64,000 nucleotides of DNA from Camelus ferus (lineage: Eukaryota), in NCBI RefSeq assembly GCF_009834535.1, contig NC_045696.1, positions 49,726,001 to 49,790,000 of the forward strand, written 5' to 3'. Positions 38,251 through 50,148 of this stretch are shown here, in pieces. The notes beneath the pieces were generated by a model. The model did not search any database, was not told the origin of the DNA, and saw only the letters and a program-made list of their open reading frames with translations. The stretch's first letter is position 1. Every line of letters starts with the position of its first letter. A program made the translations under genes and the position numbers.

Positions 38251-39167
38251 GGAAAGTGCCCTTTTTTTACGTTTCCCTCTTCCTTCTGTTTCTTTTTTTT
38301 AAATCCAATTAGATGCACATATGAAGCCATTTTTAATGTACGTGTTGGATAACCAACTTTGTCTTAACTAGTATATACTTTCTGACCTGCTTCAAGATCT
38401 GTCAGGTGATGTGCCATATATTTAGATGTTTAAGTTCAAATCCAAGAGACATTTTCTGAGCATGTTAAATATGAGTTGGGTATCATCTTGACACTGTGGG
38501 GAAATTTACATGTGAACCAAACATAGACCTCACTTTCTAGAGGTTTACAAACCAGGGAGGAGACAGACATATTCTATAATTGTAATTAAAGAAAGAGGCA
38601 ATTTTTTTAACACCTCCATGAACTGAGGCGGAGCGGCTGACTCTGCCTAAGAAGGATCTGTGTGTGTCTGTACTCACAGTTGATGCAGGTAGCCCATGAG
38701 TGGGAGGGGACTGCTCAGCTGTCATCTTCTGCACAGACCCTGGAAGCCCCTCCTGCTGGCGTCGCTAGGAATGCAATGCTCGCATGCTGGGCTGAGTGTA
38801 ATTTTCGCTTCCCGTGCTCTGGGGACAAACAAAGACGTGGCCGCTCCCAAGATGGTTCACACTTGAGCCTGAATCTAAGCGAATAGGCAAAGTACCCTTG
38901 AGAAGTAAGCAGAAAAGGGGTTAGCACAGAAAAATTAAATTAGAAGATAAGCAGTGTTCTTAGCAAGTATATTCTGGCCTCTCCTTTCCGATACAGGAAT
39001 CCTGAGTCTCACATGGGCTCTGTGGAGTGTTCCCTAAGTTCCACAGTCTGGCTAATAACGGTAGTACTTCCTGAAACTTATCGCTGTTAAAAATACACCT
39101 CTAAAGTGGGCAGCTGAGGAATTTCCCTGAAGATGAAACACCTCTGAGTTTTGTTTTGTGTCCTCAG

Positions 39168-39305
39168 TTGGATATGGAATGTGCTCTCTTGGATGGAGAA
39201 CAGAAATCGGAAACAACCGAACTCATGAAAGAGAAGGAGATTTTGGATCATCTAAACCGGAAAATAGCAGAACTGGAAAAGAACATTGTTGGTGAAAAGA
39301 CCAAG
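39168..39305 (+). CDS. PHLDB2: PHLDB2 exon 5 (46 codons, LDMECALLDGEQ...IVGEKTK)
   Basis: gtgtcctcag| acceptor, AAG|gtaaaa donor, coiled-coil sequence. Confidence 0.94.
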
Positions 39306-41269
39306 GTAAAAGAAAACTATATTTGAATGCTAATTTTATGGGCAAGATGGTGGTCCCCTTTGATTGAATTTAAATGTTGTATGAGTTACCATGGTTTGGG
39401 ATTTGTGTGTCACATTCCTGGAGACAGTGGCACCAGAAACAAGGCCTAAGATGAGGTAAGTTGTTGCAGACTAAGAGCCATCAGGTACAGAGCAGCTGAG
39501 GCTGAGAGAGTGGTGCCTGATCCTTGAGCTGATAGTCATGGTGGCTTATCTGCTGGAGATGAGTGAGTAGCTTTTTTCCATCAGCCTTTCTGCTCCTCTG
39601 CTTCCACTTTGTTTTTAAAGAATCATTTTAGTACTTTGGAACTTATTTACCATTGATGTCCTGTAGGGATGGCTTAAGCATATTCAGATATGGTTGCCTC
39701 ATCTCTTTTCATTTTTCTGTTTATTAAAAAGATGAATGAGAACCATGCATCTCATCTGTCTCGCCTTGCCATTGGCTTCAATGCAAGTGCACTGCTCTTG
39801 GGAAGATGCGTTGCAGTCTTCAGGGGATCCTCACACACTGCCAAGTGAAAACTGTCTGTGACACAGTTGACACTTATTTTAGAAAAAACCTTACACATTT
39901 CAGGCCACAACCTGAATGTTGGCCAATACCTCCTAGAGAAAGTATAAAAAACCTCTTGCAGTTTTTAGAATTCAGGATGGCAGTTGAATTTTTTATTGTT
40001 GTTGTTTTGTTTTTCTGTTTGTTTATTTTCTCTGGGAAATATTTCACTTACTCTCCTCTCATATTCTGAGTTAGTTACAGCTAAACTAAGCCTAAATTAA
40101 AAATTAAAATTCTAATTTGGGAAAGAAAAAAGCAAGTGAGCTGTAACACATTCTTTCTTGCTCATCATGTTCTCCATTAAGCTAAGAAAAAGAAAAAAAA
40201 TTCAGTTTGAATAAATTTGAGTGATAATATGTGGAAAAGATTTCTGCTGAATGTGGCTTCCTTTGGGGGCTTCTCTTTGTTTGAGGCCTATAAATAAGGG
40301 CATTTGATCTTGGTGCCAGAGAGTGAGCTCAAAAATGTACTGTTAGAAATTGAAATCAACTTAAAAGCTCTGTATCAATTTCTTGGTTGCCTGCTTGTCA
40401 AGATTAAACCGCACATCTTTTTCATATTAAATTTTATGTATGTTCCTTCTGGCTCCAGACTTTAAAGTAGTAAAGAATCCATTTGGGTAGTGGGTATATT
40501 TTCCTGTAAAAGCTCAAAAGCTGTACCAAAGGATTGATTGTCTAGTTCTGCCGCCCAGGAGGATTATGGCTTTCAAAGATTCTGCACTGATACAGCATGA
40601 AACTTTCACTGGAAGAATCAAATGTCTTTGTTTTGGTGCTTATTAGTATTTTACTATTTATGTCATACTGGGAAACTTGTGGGACAGAGGAATCGGTTGT
40701 CAGTTTCCCTCTGAACCTGTCTGCCTTCTCCATCCAGGTAGCTGTTCATCTTTGTGTAACCCACATATGACGTGGCCTGTACATTCTGTTTGTCTGTCAT
40801 TAGCATCAGATTCTAACAAAAGTGAAGCAAATTGAGTCAATGCTAAATCTCACTTCCCAGGGACAGTTGTGTAGTATTTTCCAGACCTAAAGTAAAGGCG
40901 GACCTCCAGGAACATGGGTGGAAACAAGCAAGGAGGCCACCCACATCTTTCCTATTACTGTGTCGGTGGTTTGGGAGAGGCTGTGCATGGGAGAGGGGAC
41001 GGTGGGGGCTTGAAGTATGGAACCAACTCATGCAGCTGTCAGGGGATTAGTTGGTCTCGGAAGATGGGATTATTATCTGTCATCACGTGGTGTGAAAAAT
41101 GGCAGAAACTGGCTTTGGGTGAGGGATTCCAGGGGAGAATGAGGGAAGTGGGAACAGACCGGGCTAGATGATATTACTGCAGATTCTTGACAACCAGACT
41201 CAAATAGAGACTCCATGCGGCTTGGCAGCATTACTGTTTCTCACATAAAGTTATTCCACCATTTCATGG

Positions 41270-43200
41270 CACGGCTATTTCATACCTTTGCTCTGTTCAA
41301 ACTTCTGGTCCACTTTCCCCCCCGGCTCTGAGATGATCTCACCACCTACTTCAGTGAGAGATTAGAGCATCCTCTCTTCCCAGCTAAGGAAGGCTCTCTC
41401 TTCCCTTCAAAGATCTGTCACTTAAGGTGTGCTCAGAGTGCCATCTCTCCGTCTTGAGGTCTTCAGTCCTTCTGTGCCCCACTCCCCCCAGCTTCTCCCT
41501 CTTTACTGATGTTTATTGTCAGTATGTCAACATTATTTCTTTAATTATTATTATTTTAAAATAAAATTCCTTCTAGCAACTACCTTAGCTAGTTTCTCTT
41601 CAGCATAGCCAAGCTTTTCAGTGCAAGTTTCTCAGTGCACCGTGTGTCCTCTTCCTCAGTTCCCAGTTAACCATTCCTTCCATCCTTGTTCTGCTGCTCC
41701 ATAGGATTTGCTCCTGTTAAGACCTCACTGCTGCCTAGTCCACCCACTGGGCACTTTTCAGTCCTCTTGTGATCTGACCCCTGAGCTGCAATCGAGACAG
41801 GGGGCAGCTCTTTTCCTTGGCACTTCCCCTCCCCTCCGCCTCCATGTACCACACTCTTCTGGTTTTTCTTCTCTTTCTCCTACTTACCTCTCTGACTTCT
41901 CCATCTGAGTTCCCTTCTCTTCTTCCTCTGCCCTAATCCAACCAGTCGTTAGAGTATTTGTCTCTAATCTGAACCCTTGTCTTCTTTTTTCTCTCTTTTT
42001 AAAGCAAGCTCAGTCTTTCCCAGAAGTCCACCGAAAAATTCTGCTCGCTCTCATTGGTCTGAACTAAGATACATGCCTTGAATCATTCACTCTTTTAAAA
42101 AAATTGACATATAATTGACATATAACATGATTTTAGTTTCAGGTACACAACATAATGATTTGATATTTGCATGCACTGTGAAATGATCACCACGGTATGT
42201 CTGGTTAACATCCGCCAGCTCTCGTTGAGAACTCTCTTCTCTTATACTCTCACATTCTTTTATAGTCATGGCTTTAAATAACCTGCACGTGCTGGTGACT
42301 GTGCGAATGTACGTCTTTAGCCCACAACCCTTTTCTGGACGTCTGACTCAGATCCTGTTGCCTACCTGACATCTCCACTGAGATATTTCACTGGTGTGTC
42401 CAACTCCACTCTCCGAAACTATGTCTTAGTCTCACCTTCCCCCTTGCCTTCCACACACCCACCTGCCTCCCGTCCTGTTCTTCCTCTGTTTTTCCACCAG
42501 GAAATGGCATCTCTATCCACCTCTATGTCCAAAGAGAAACCTGGAAGTAGATCTTGACACTTCTTTCTCCATCATTCCCACTTCTAATTGATTACAAAAA
42601 TATTTCTCAATAATTTCATCTTCTCTGTGTCCCCCCTCACAGCATTCTCTTCTAAATCATTAAAATCTCCCTTGAGTTCCATTTTCATTTGCTTCCCTTC
42701 AGTCTGTTCTTTTCACAGCAGCCAAAGTGATTTTTTTAAAATATAAATTAGGTCATATCACCCTGGTTTGTGTTCCCCTGTATTTTATATAAATCTAAAT
42801 TCCTTACCTGCCATGAGCCTTTCTGTCACCACTCTCCCCTCTCACTCCCCTGGTGGCCTTCTCTTTGCTTGTTTAAATGTTCATCGTACTGTCCTGAATG
42901 CCAAGACCGCTTGCAGACCAGCATCCCCTGCCTGGAATTCTATGCCTTGTTGGTTCTGTTTTTCAGGGCTTGCGTTCAGTGTTAGTTTTCAGAAATACCC
43001 TACCAGCCCCTTCCAGCTCAGATTATATTTTCCCTGTTGTTTTTTGAGTCCTTTTGAAAACCACATTTTACTCTTTATATTTGTTTTGGGCTTGTTCGGT
43101 ATCTGTTTCCCTCTCTATCTTGTGCAGTAGGGGCAGGAACTGTTGTCCACTGTATCCACTGTTTATCCAGCTCATGGTAGGTGCCAGAACACTGCCCAGT
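41270..43200 (+). mobile_element. Long L2 relic, with a short L1 3' end (about 42090-42220, minus) and an MLT1-like piece (about 42010-42085) nested in it
   Basis: Pyrimidine-rich L2 blocks (ctgttgcctacctgacatctccactgagatatttcac; tttcacagcagccaaagtgatttttttaaaatataaattaggtcatatcac). Confidence 0.75.
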
Positions 43201-45252
43201 ATTCAGTGGGAATATTGTCCTTGGATCTCTCGCTAACGGCGAGTCCAGTCTGGGCCCGAACAGAAACACTGAGCCAAACACCTGCCCAAGAGCTACGTGC
43301 AGCCAAAGTTCAGGACAGCTGGGATGGTCCACACAAGCAGTCATGCCCGGGCACTTGAATCACGCTGCCCAACGTGCAGAGTGTAAGACAGAGAAGGAAG
43401 TGGCCTTTGCCCTTTTGGATCTCTTTCCTCTTCCATGCACCTGTTGCTGCTGTCAGATATAAACTATGGAATGAGAAAACCAACACCTGAAAAGATATCC
43501 CTGTTGGGCAAGCTCCAGTTCAGACGTCGATAGCACATCCTGTAAGCTGGACCCTGGTTTTTGGGGGACAAGGCCTGGAGCCATAGGAAGAAAGTTTAGT
43601 AGCATCTCAGAGGTCAGATCCTGCTGTGAAACTATTGACCTCAATTTTTTGGCTCTTGAGACCAGTCTTCAACATTATTTCTTTCAGCTGATTTGGGAAC
43701 TATCATCCCATGTTACATATTTAGTGTAGATTAATGTATGTCGTAGATGACTACTATTTATTACATGTTATCATATAAAACAAAAACTATAGACATAGTT
43801 ATGTATACAACATATAGATGATGTATTCGACATAACGTATAGGTAATGTATTCAATTATAAATATTGAACAATTTTGCAGCGGTTCCCTGGGCTGACCTT
43901 CACTGCCCTTACGGGCACCACTGTTAAGAGCATCAGTGTACCTGTTTCCATGTGCCTCTGAGACACCTGCCTGCTGTGTTCTCAGACAGTGGCCACATCA
44001 CAAATAGAGTCTCTACGAACTTGGATGAACCCTGAACAAATACAAGTAACTGAATTAAACATAAACCCAGAGAGAGATGTTTATTTGATGAAGCAGTAAG
44101 CAAAAAGCCACAATGTTTTCTTAGGGCAAGGGAAGGGAGAGAGACTTGTTAATCTCTGCACTGGTAAACTGTTTTGGTTTGATGGGCTTGGTGACTGGGA
44201 GTGGGGAAGCCACCAGAAGCTCAGTTTGGACAAAAGTGGCTTCTCTTCCCCTTCACTTCCCCCTCAAGGCAAAGCCCGATTTGGGGCAACTGCTGAGAAG
44301 TATGGATATATTTCTATATTTGTTTATGCAAGTTTAACTTCTGTCTTTGTCTATTTCTGACTGTATTAAAAATTCAAAACTAAGGGTAGTTTTTCAGTTT
44401 CTCTTGTGTTTTTAGATTATCTGTCTCATCTCTGCTCCTTAACATCCAACAATCAAAAGTTAGTCGTACTGAAATTAAATAAAATGGCTAAGGAAAGTCT
44501 CTGCTTCTGGAGTCTTGTTGAAGAGTCTTTCCATTACCCAGATGGCAATCATACAGCTCAAACTATCCTTTTGTTTAAGAATCTGCCCTCATCCAGACAG
44601 ACTGTGATATTTTGTAGTTATCCTGGCCTGCACATTTTTATAGCTAAACACACTTAAATATGTGAACTGAAGCTTAAGTCACTCTGTGCCATGAAGCAAG
44701 TTCCTGAGTGAAATCTTGAATTATTTGACTTATTTTTCTATATAAGCGTATATACTTGTATCTTAAATGGTTCAATTGTATTCTCCATTATTATCTTGCC
44801 AAAATACCTGTTACTTCCTCCCCATCCTTCCTTCAGAGCCAGGGGAAGACAGAGAGTCTGCCCAGAATTCCTCAGCAAAGTGTTAATGCCTCTTGAGTGC
44901 AGAACGTTTGCCAAGTCACAGGCAGTGTTTAGAAGGGACCCATCCCTTCCCGTGCCTCTTTCTTACATTTCAAAGTTAGCTCCCTGGTTAGAGGAAGTGG
45001 AAATATATCCTGGGATTTAGGGATTAAATCAACAGAATTCCAGATTACGGTTATTTTTTCTGGTGGTTGGTTGTTTGATTGCATAAAGCCTTAGTGTTCT
45101 GATTTTCCAATGTTTTCTACACTAGATGTCCATCAATTATGTAGTTAAAATGTCAAAGCCAAAGGAAAAAATATCCCAGGAAAGAAATATAAGAATGTGC
45201 TTCTTTAGAGGCAGGCAGAGAATGAGTTCTCAACAATCTCCATCTGTGGACA

Positions 45253-45552
45253 CAGGTCCATAATCTTCCCTCTGCAATTCTGAAAAGTTTCATGGGGAAA
45301 AAATTTTTTTGTAAGAGTGGCACCAAAACTTAATTGTTTGCAAAACTTGACTTGGAGTGATATTCACACTTGGCGTGAATATTCATAAATAGCTGCAGAA
45401 ATAGAAGCATGTTTGGTCACAGGGAACTGCCCCAGACCTTGAAATGCCTTACAGTGTATGCAGCATGAACTGTGTTACCTCTATCAAATGCAGACTGTTC
45501 TGAAACAGGACATATCTGGTCTTAAGAATTTCAAGTAAGTGATTTTGGCTTT
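45253..45552. mobile_element. Non-autonomous TcMar-Tigger-type DNA transposon (exact family uncertain)
   Basis: Imperfect terminal inverted repeats (caggtccataatcttccctctgcaattc ... gaatttcaagtaagtgattttggct) and internal gtgaatattcata...ctgccccagacc. Confidence 0.55.
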
Positions 45553-45847
45553 AAAACAATTGCCCAATCTTGAACCTCTGAGGATGCCTGCCTCCCAAAC
45601 TATCCTACGGGGCTTAGGAACTGAAAGGAAAGGGATTCTCAGGTTGTATGGAGAGGACTGTGGATGGGCTGACCTTAAAAATGATGGCTTAGGTGCTATG
45701 AATTGTAGCACATGACTGCATCAATTCCAGTCTTGATCCAGTGTTTCATTAAACATGGCCTGAGCTGTGTGTTCTGGTTTCTGTGCTAAACAGTTTGGAA
45801 ATTACAATGATGGATCTTAATTTTTAAGAAACTCTTTGTCAAGCTAA

Positions 45848-46033
45848 TAGAGCTGCCAGATTTAGGGAAAAATACATAGGATGCTGATAGAAATTAAATT
45901 TCAAATAAAGAGAAAAATTTTTGGTGTAATTGTGCCCCATCTATTATTTGGGACATACTTACATTTAAAAAATCATTTGTTATTCATCTTAAATTCAAAT
46001 TTAACTGGGTGTTTAATTTATCTGGCAACTTTA
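45848..46033. mobile_element. MER53 palindromic hAT MITE
   Basis: tagagctgccagattt ... atctggcaacttta termini; tgggacatactta...aaattcaaatttaactgggtg internal arm. Confidence 0.85.
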
Positions 46034-46689
46034 CAAGTCACAAAGGCATCTTTTCAGGGCAACATTGAACCATCTGCTTATTAAGTATTAGTTAGATATG
46101 GTCAAAGTATTTTTATTGGTATTCAAAAATTTCCTGTCTAGTAGTGGAATTCAAATAGATCCAGCAAGTTAAATTTCAATTCCTTTATTCAAGAATACAA
46201 CTTAGAGAATATTTGTTATTGTCTTATAACCTTAGATCTAGCAAAGTAAGTTGTCCTATCTATGACAAGCCTTAGGTTATTAAATTCATTCAAGATTACT
46301 GGGAATTCTTGTGTACACATTCAGATCATTTAGGGTAAGTTTATAACCACCCTTGATGACTTATATGATTAGAAAAGAGTCATTTTACATCTGAACTTGA
46401 GATGCATCGTTCCTCTCTGAATGCATATTGGATATTGGAATCTCATAGTTCTTTTTTTGTTTGTTTACTTGAGGCATTTATTCTGAATGTAAAACTTTTA
46501 CAACTGCGGTGCTACTTCTAAGAGAGGACTTTTATACTACGAAGGAAAGGTGCTAAGGTCACATGTTTTCGGAACAAGGTTTGATAGATCCTAAGTTAAT
46601 GGTCCTGTGTCTTCATTAGCAAAGTCAAATTATAGTTAATTTTTCTTTGCCTTGCACATCATCCTAGGTGGCTAAATCACTGATTTTTT

Positions 46690-46846
46690 TTTTTAACCTG
46701 GTTACATATGAGAAAACCTGGAAGGATTTTTAAAGTGCTTGTTCCCTAGCCTTACACCCCTGGATTTCTAAGTGGAAGCCTGGGAAATGGTACATTTAAA
46801 AGCTCAGCCAGCTCATTCTAAGGTGCGGTCAGGGCTGAGCAGCAGA
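46690..46846. mobile_element. MER5-type hAT-Charlie fragment
   Basis: aacctggttacatatgagaaaacctggaagg...tcattctaaggtgcggtcagggctgagcagcag. Confidence 0.55.
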
Positions 46847-49800
46847 GAGCTAAACAGCCTGTACCCCATGAGGACAGGGATCAAGTTACCTCTTTTCTCT
46901 GTCTCTAGTCCTCTTTTAAAGATTGATTGACTGAGTGAATGAAAAGCATACTGCGGAAGCAGACGTAGGCCAGATTTTATATACTGCTTTCCACTTCCGT
47001 TTGCTAGTGAATAATTTAGCTTTGGTCCTTTACACACTTAGGAATATCAGTCTTATATATGCAAAATAGGCAGAATCTGGCAATGAATTTGGGAACCAGC
47101 TGGATCTTCCCAGTATGTCAAGAGAGGACAAATCAATTTGAGGAGGCTGGAGGCAGCCACGTCTGAGGGAAGTCAGGTTCTGGTCTTTTGTTTTATAAAC
47201 GCCCCCCTGTACATCTGGATCTTCCTGGAGTGGTCCAGTTCCTTATAATATTATTTTTTCCAACAAAATTCAATTTGTTATATATATTTAAAATGTCTTT
47301 TAATTCATTTGTTTCCTGAAAATAGATTTATGAATCCTAAGGAAAAAAATGTCCCAATCTGATGTTTGGAAAATATCACGTGCCTGTTGTAGTTAGAATA
47401 GGTGACTTTCCCAATTTAATTCTAGGGGAAGAGAATAACACCTGGCGTTAATATTTTACTTGTAAGGAACTAGAATCCCTGAACCCTGGAAAGCCATCTA
47501 ACTTGTCCAACTCTCTGTAGAAGGTGATACTTTCAGCTCTAATTAACTGCCTGCCTAAAGCTAATTTTCCTTTGAAAATTTCCTGGGCAGTAAATAGAAG
47601 AAAGGTATATTGATTTCATTCTGGCTCAGAGTTGGTCTGCTTTTGGCTCTTCTGGGAGTGATATCACCCCTGTGGTCCCCTGTGATTTATGGCCGGGCCC
47701 ATCTGCCACCAGTGTTTCTTTCATCCCTCCCTTTACTTCCTTTGCCCTAGCCTTGGCCCCACTAAGCTTTTGCCCTGAGACCCAGATAGTGGTCACAGCA
47801 TTACAGATAAACCACAGGGAAGCTGCAGAAGGTTCTGATGGTGCCTGCTTGCGTAATTCTTCTAACCGCCCCCTTGTCTGGAATTGTGAAACATCTTGAG
47901 CACCTCAGAAGGAAGGCAATATGTAAACATAAGGTATATTTTATCAGCTGTTTATTTGTGCTTGTTATTAGCGATTAAAAAATTGGCAACATCAGAGGAA
48001 TAGTTTGGTTATTTCTTCGGATTGGAGACCCGTGTTTTAGGCCAGTGCCTTTCTACCTTATTAAATACCGTTTCAGTATTTTCTGTCAAAGATAACTTTA
48101 CATTTTAGGGCTTTGCACATTTGCTGTGTAATTGGAATGAATAGTCTTCTTCTTTGTTTAAATTTCTGTTTGGAATGAGAATGGCTACAAAATCCGATGA
48201 TATAGAAATAGAACTCTTTGGGGATAAAATTCTTCTGCTCTGTAGTAGGGCAGTCTTTGATCTGCACACAACGGCACTAACATGCTTCTTAGCCAACAGA
48301 AAACAGGTATTCTGTACTGCTGGCTTTATTAAAGGGAAAAAAAAGTATTAATTCTGAAGCTAAAGGCAATCTAGCCGGCCCCAGTAGCTTCAGTCTTCCT
48401 GTGCGGTAACACAGAGAATCCTTCATTGTGTGAGTGACGCGTCACTTCTCTCCCTCCTACGCCGCAGCTGAGCACAGGGAGCACCCTGCCCACTGAAGAC
48501 TGAGGCGGCTTTCTCTGCGGCCTGCTAGCGTTTAGGTTGTAGAATCACTTTTCGATGGATAGGTGAAGTAGGATTCTCAGTTTCATGACTTTTGGGTTTA
48601 ATCATTTTGAGAGTAAAAAGGCATGTCTGCAGCAAAATAGACATTTCTAAAATGCCCTTGAAATTTTAAAATGTAAGCCACCAATGGAGACTCAAGTGAA
48701 CTGGTGTAGGTATTGATGTCATGTAGTTTCAAACTTAAACCGTAACATCATTTATAAAGACTCTAAAGATATGTTTACACAGGAAATCATGGCCATTTGG
48801 ATGAGGAAATAATAGTAAGTATAAATTTATGGGATTACTTCAAAGCTTCATCCTTTAAAAAAATCCTCTGTGATATGCTTAGAAGCCAGTTTTATTCCTA
48901 CCAAATCAATAGTGAACATAAGGAAAGTCATGAGGTGGTGTTTTGCTTGCTGAGGGTCAGACGATGGTGGTGCTTCACACAGTGCTTTGGTTTAGGCTGA
49001 GAATGTCACACAGGGAGACAGTTGGGTCTAAGATTGACTTCAGGGGTTCAGAGTATCATAGAGGGGACATAAGGTGGGAAAACTGGCACTAAACAGACTG
49101 AAGTTTGTTTCTCAGTGTACAAGGTGGCCTTGTAAGACCGTGTAATGCTGGATTACAGGATTTGGAGAACGTCCAGGGTCACTTTGGAGTGTGTGACTTG
49201 AGAGGAATTTAGTGTTATCATCTCCTTTCTCTTCTATCTCTGACTCCTGGGTGTTCACCTTTCCTTCTTCTAGACCCCATGTTTCAATCACTGTAGGGGG
49301 CGTCCTCGTCTCTACAGGAAACATCACGCTCTTGGTGTATCTGCGTCTCGCTCATCTTCCTCGTGCTGCTTTGTCAGTCTTTCATTTTTACTAGACCTCT
49401 GCCTCTGAATTAGATGCTCTCCTTACGCTCTGATTCTCCAATTGCTTAAGCTCTGAAGTTTGCCAGATAGCTAAAATTGTTCCAGATGACCTGTATATCA
49501 GTTGGGCACCTAATGTGCCTCTGACCTGAGAACAAAATTTCAATGATTTCCAAAGCTTGCATAACACTTGCCTTCAGCAAACTGGACTCTGACAGTCCTC
49601 AAGGTAAATGCCTGCTTCCCTTTGTCTGGTTCTCTGCCAAGTGACTCTTTGCAGGGCTATCTCAGGAATTCAGTTGGCATTTCTTTTGTTCTTTGTTGAC
49701 CATGGACCAACATTCCCATTGCTCCCCCTGCTATTGTAATGTGCTGGCAGGAAGGAAGGGAGGAAGGAAGGACGAGGGTCGTCACCAATACCTGATGAGT

Positions 49801-50019
49801 GGACCGGGTTTGGAGAACGCAAAACTGGGGCCCCTCGTCTTTACGGCCACTGATACCCCCTAATCCGAGTCACTAACAAGATATGTTTCTACAGTCATAG
49901 GATGTCTGGAGTTTGCTTGTGTTTGCTTATTTGTGTTATCCTTGGGAAATGTTCGCTAACGCCTGCTTGGGGTGTGAAGGTAATTTCTATTCTTCTATTT
50001 TCTGATTTCTGAAATTCAG

Positions 50020-50148
50020 GAGAAGGTAAAGCTTGATGCTGAAAGGGAAAAACTAGAGAGGCTTCAGGAGCTTTACTCCGAGCAGAAGACCCAGCTGGAC
50101 AATTGTCCTGAGTCCATGAGGGAACAGTTACAACAACAACTGAAGAGG
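50020..50148 (+). CDS. PHLDB2: PHLDB2 exon 6 (43 codons, EKVKLDAEREKL...QQQLKR), probable cassette exon
   Basis: gaaattcag| acceptor, AGG|gtcagt donor; contains the PHLDB-type QLDNCPESMREQLQ motif. Confidence 0.94.

Noticed and set aside
49771..49853. CTGATGA enclosed by an 8-bp inverted repeat (gacgaggg/ccctcgtc): hammerhead ribozyme or C/D snoRNA?
   Set aside because: No GAAA core (gcaaaa instead), and stems I and II cannot form. As a snoRNA, the C box lacks the leading purine and no terminal stem flanks the CTGA at 49850.
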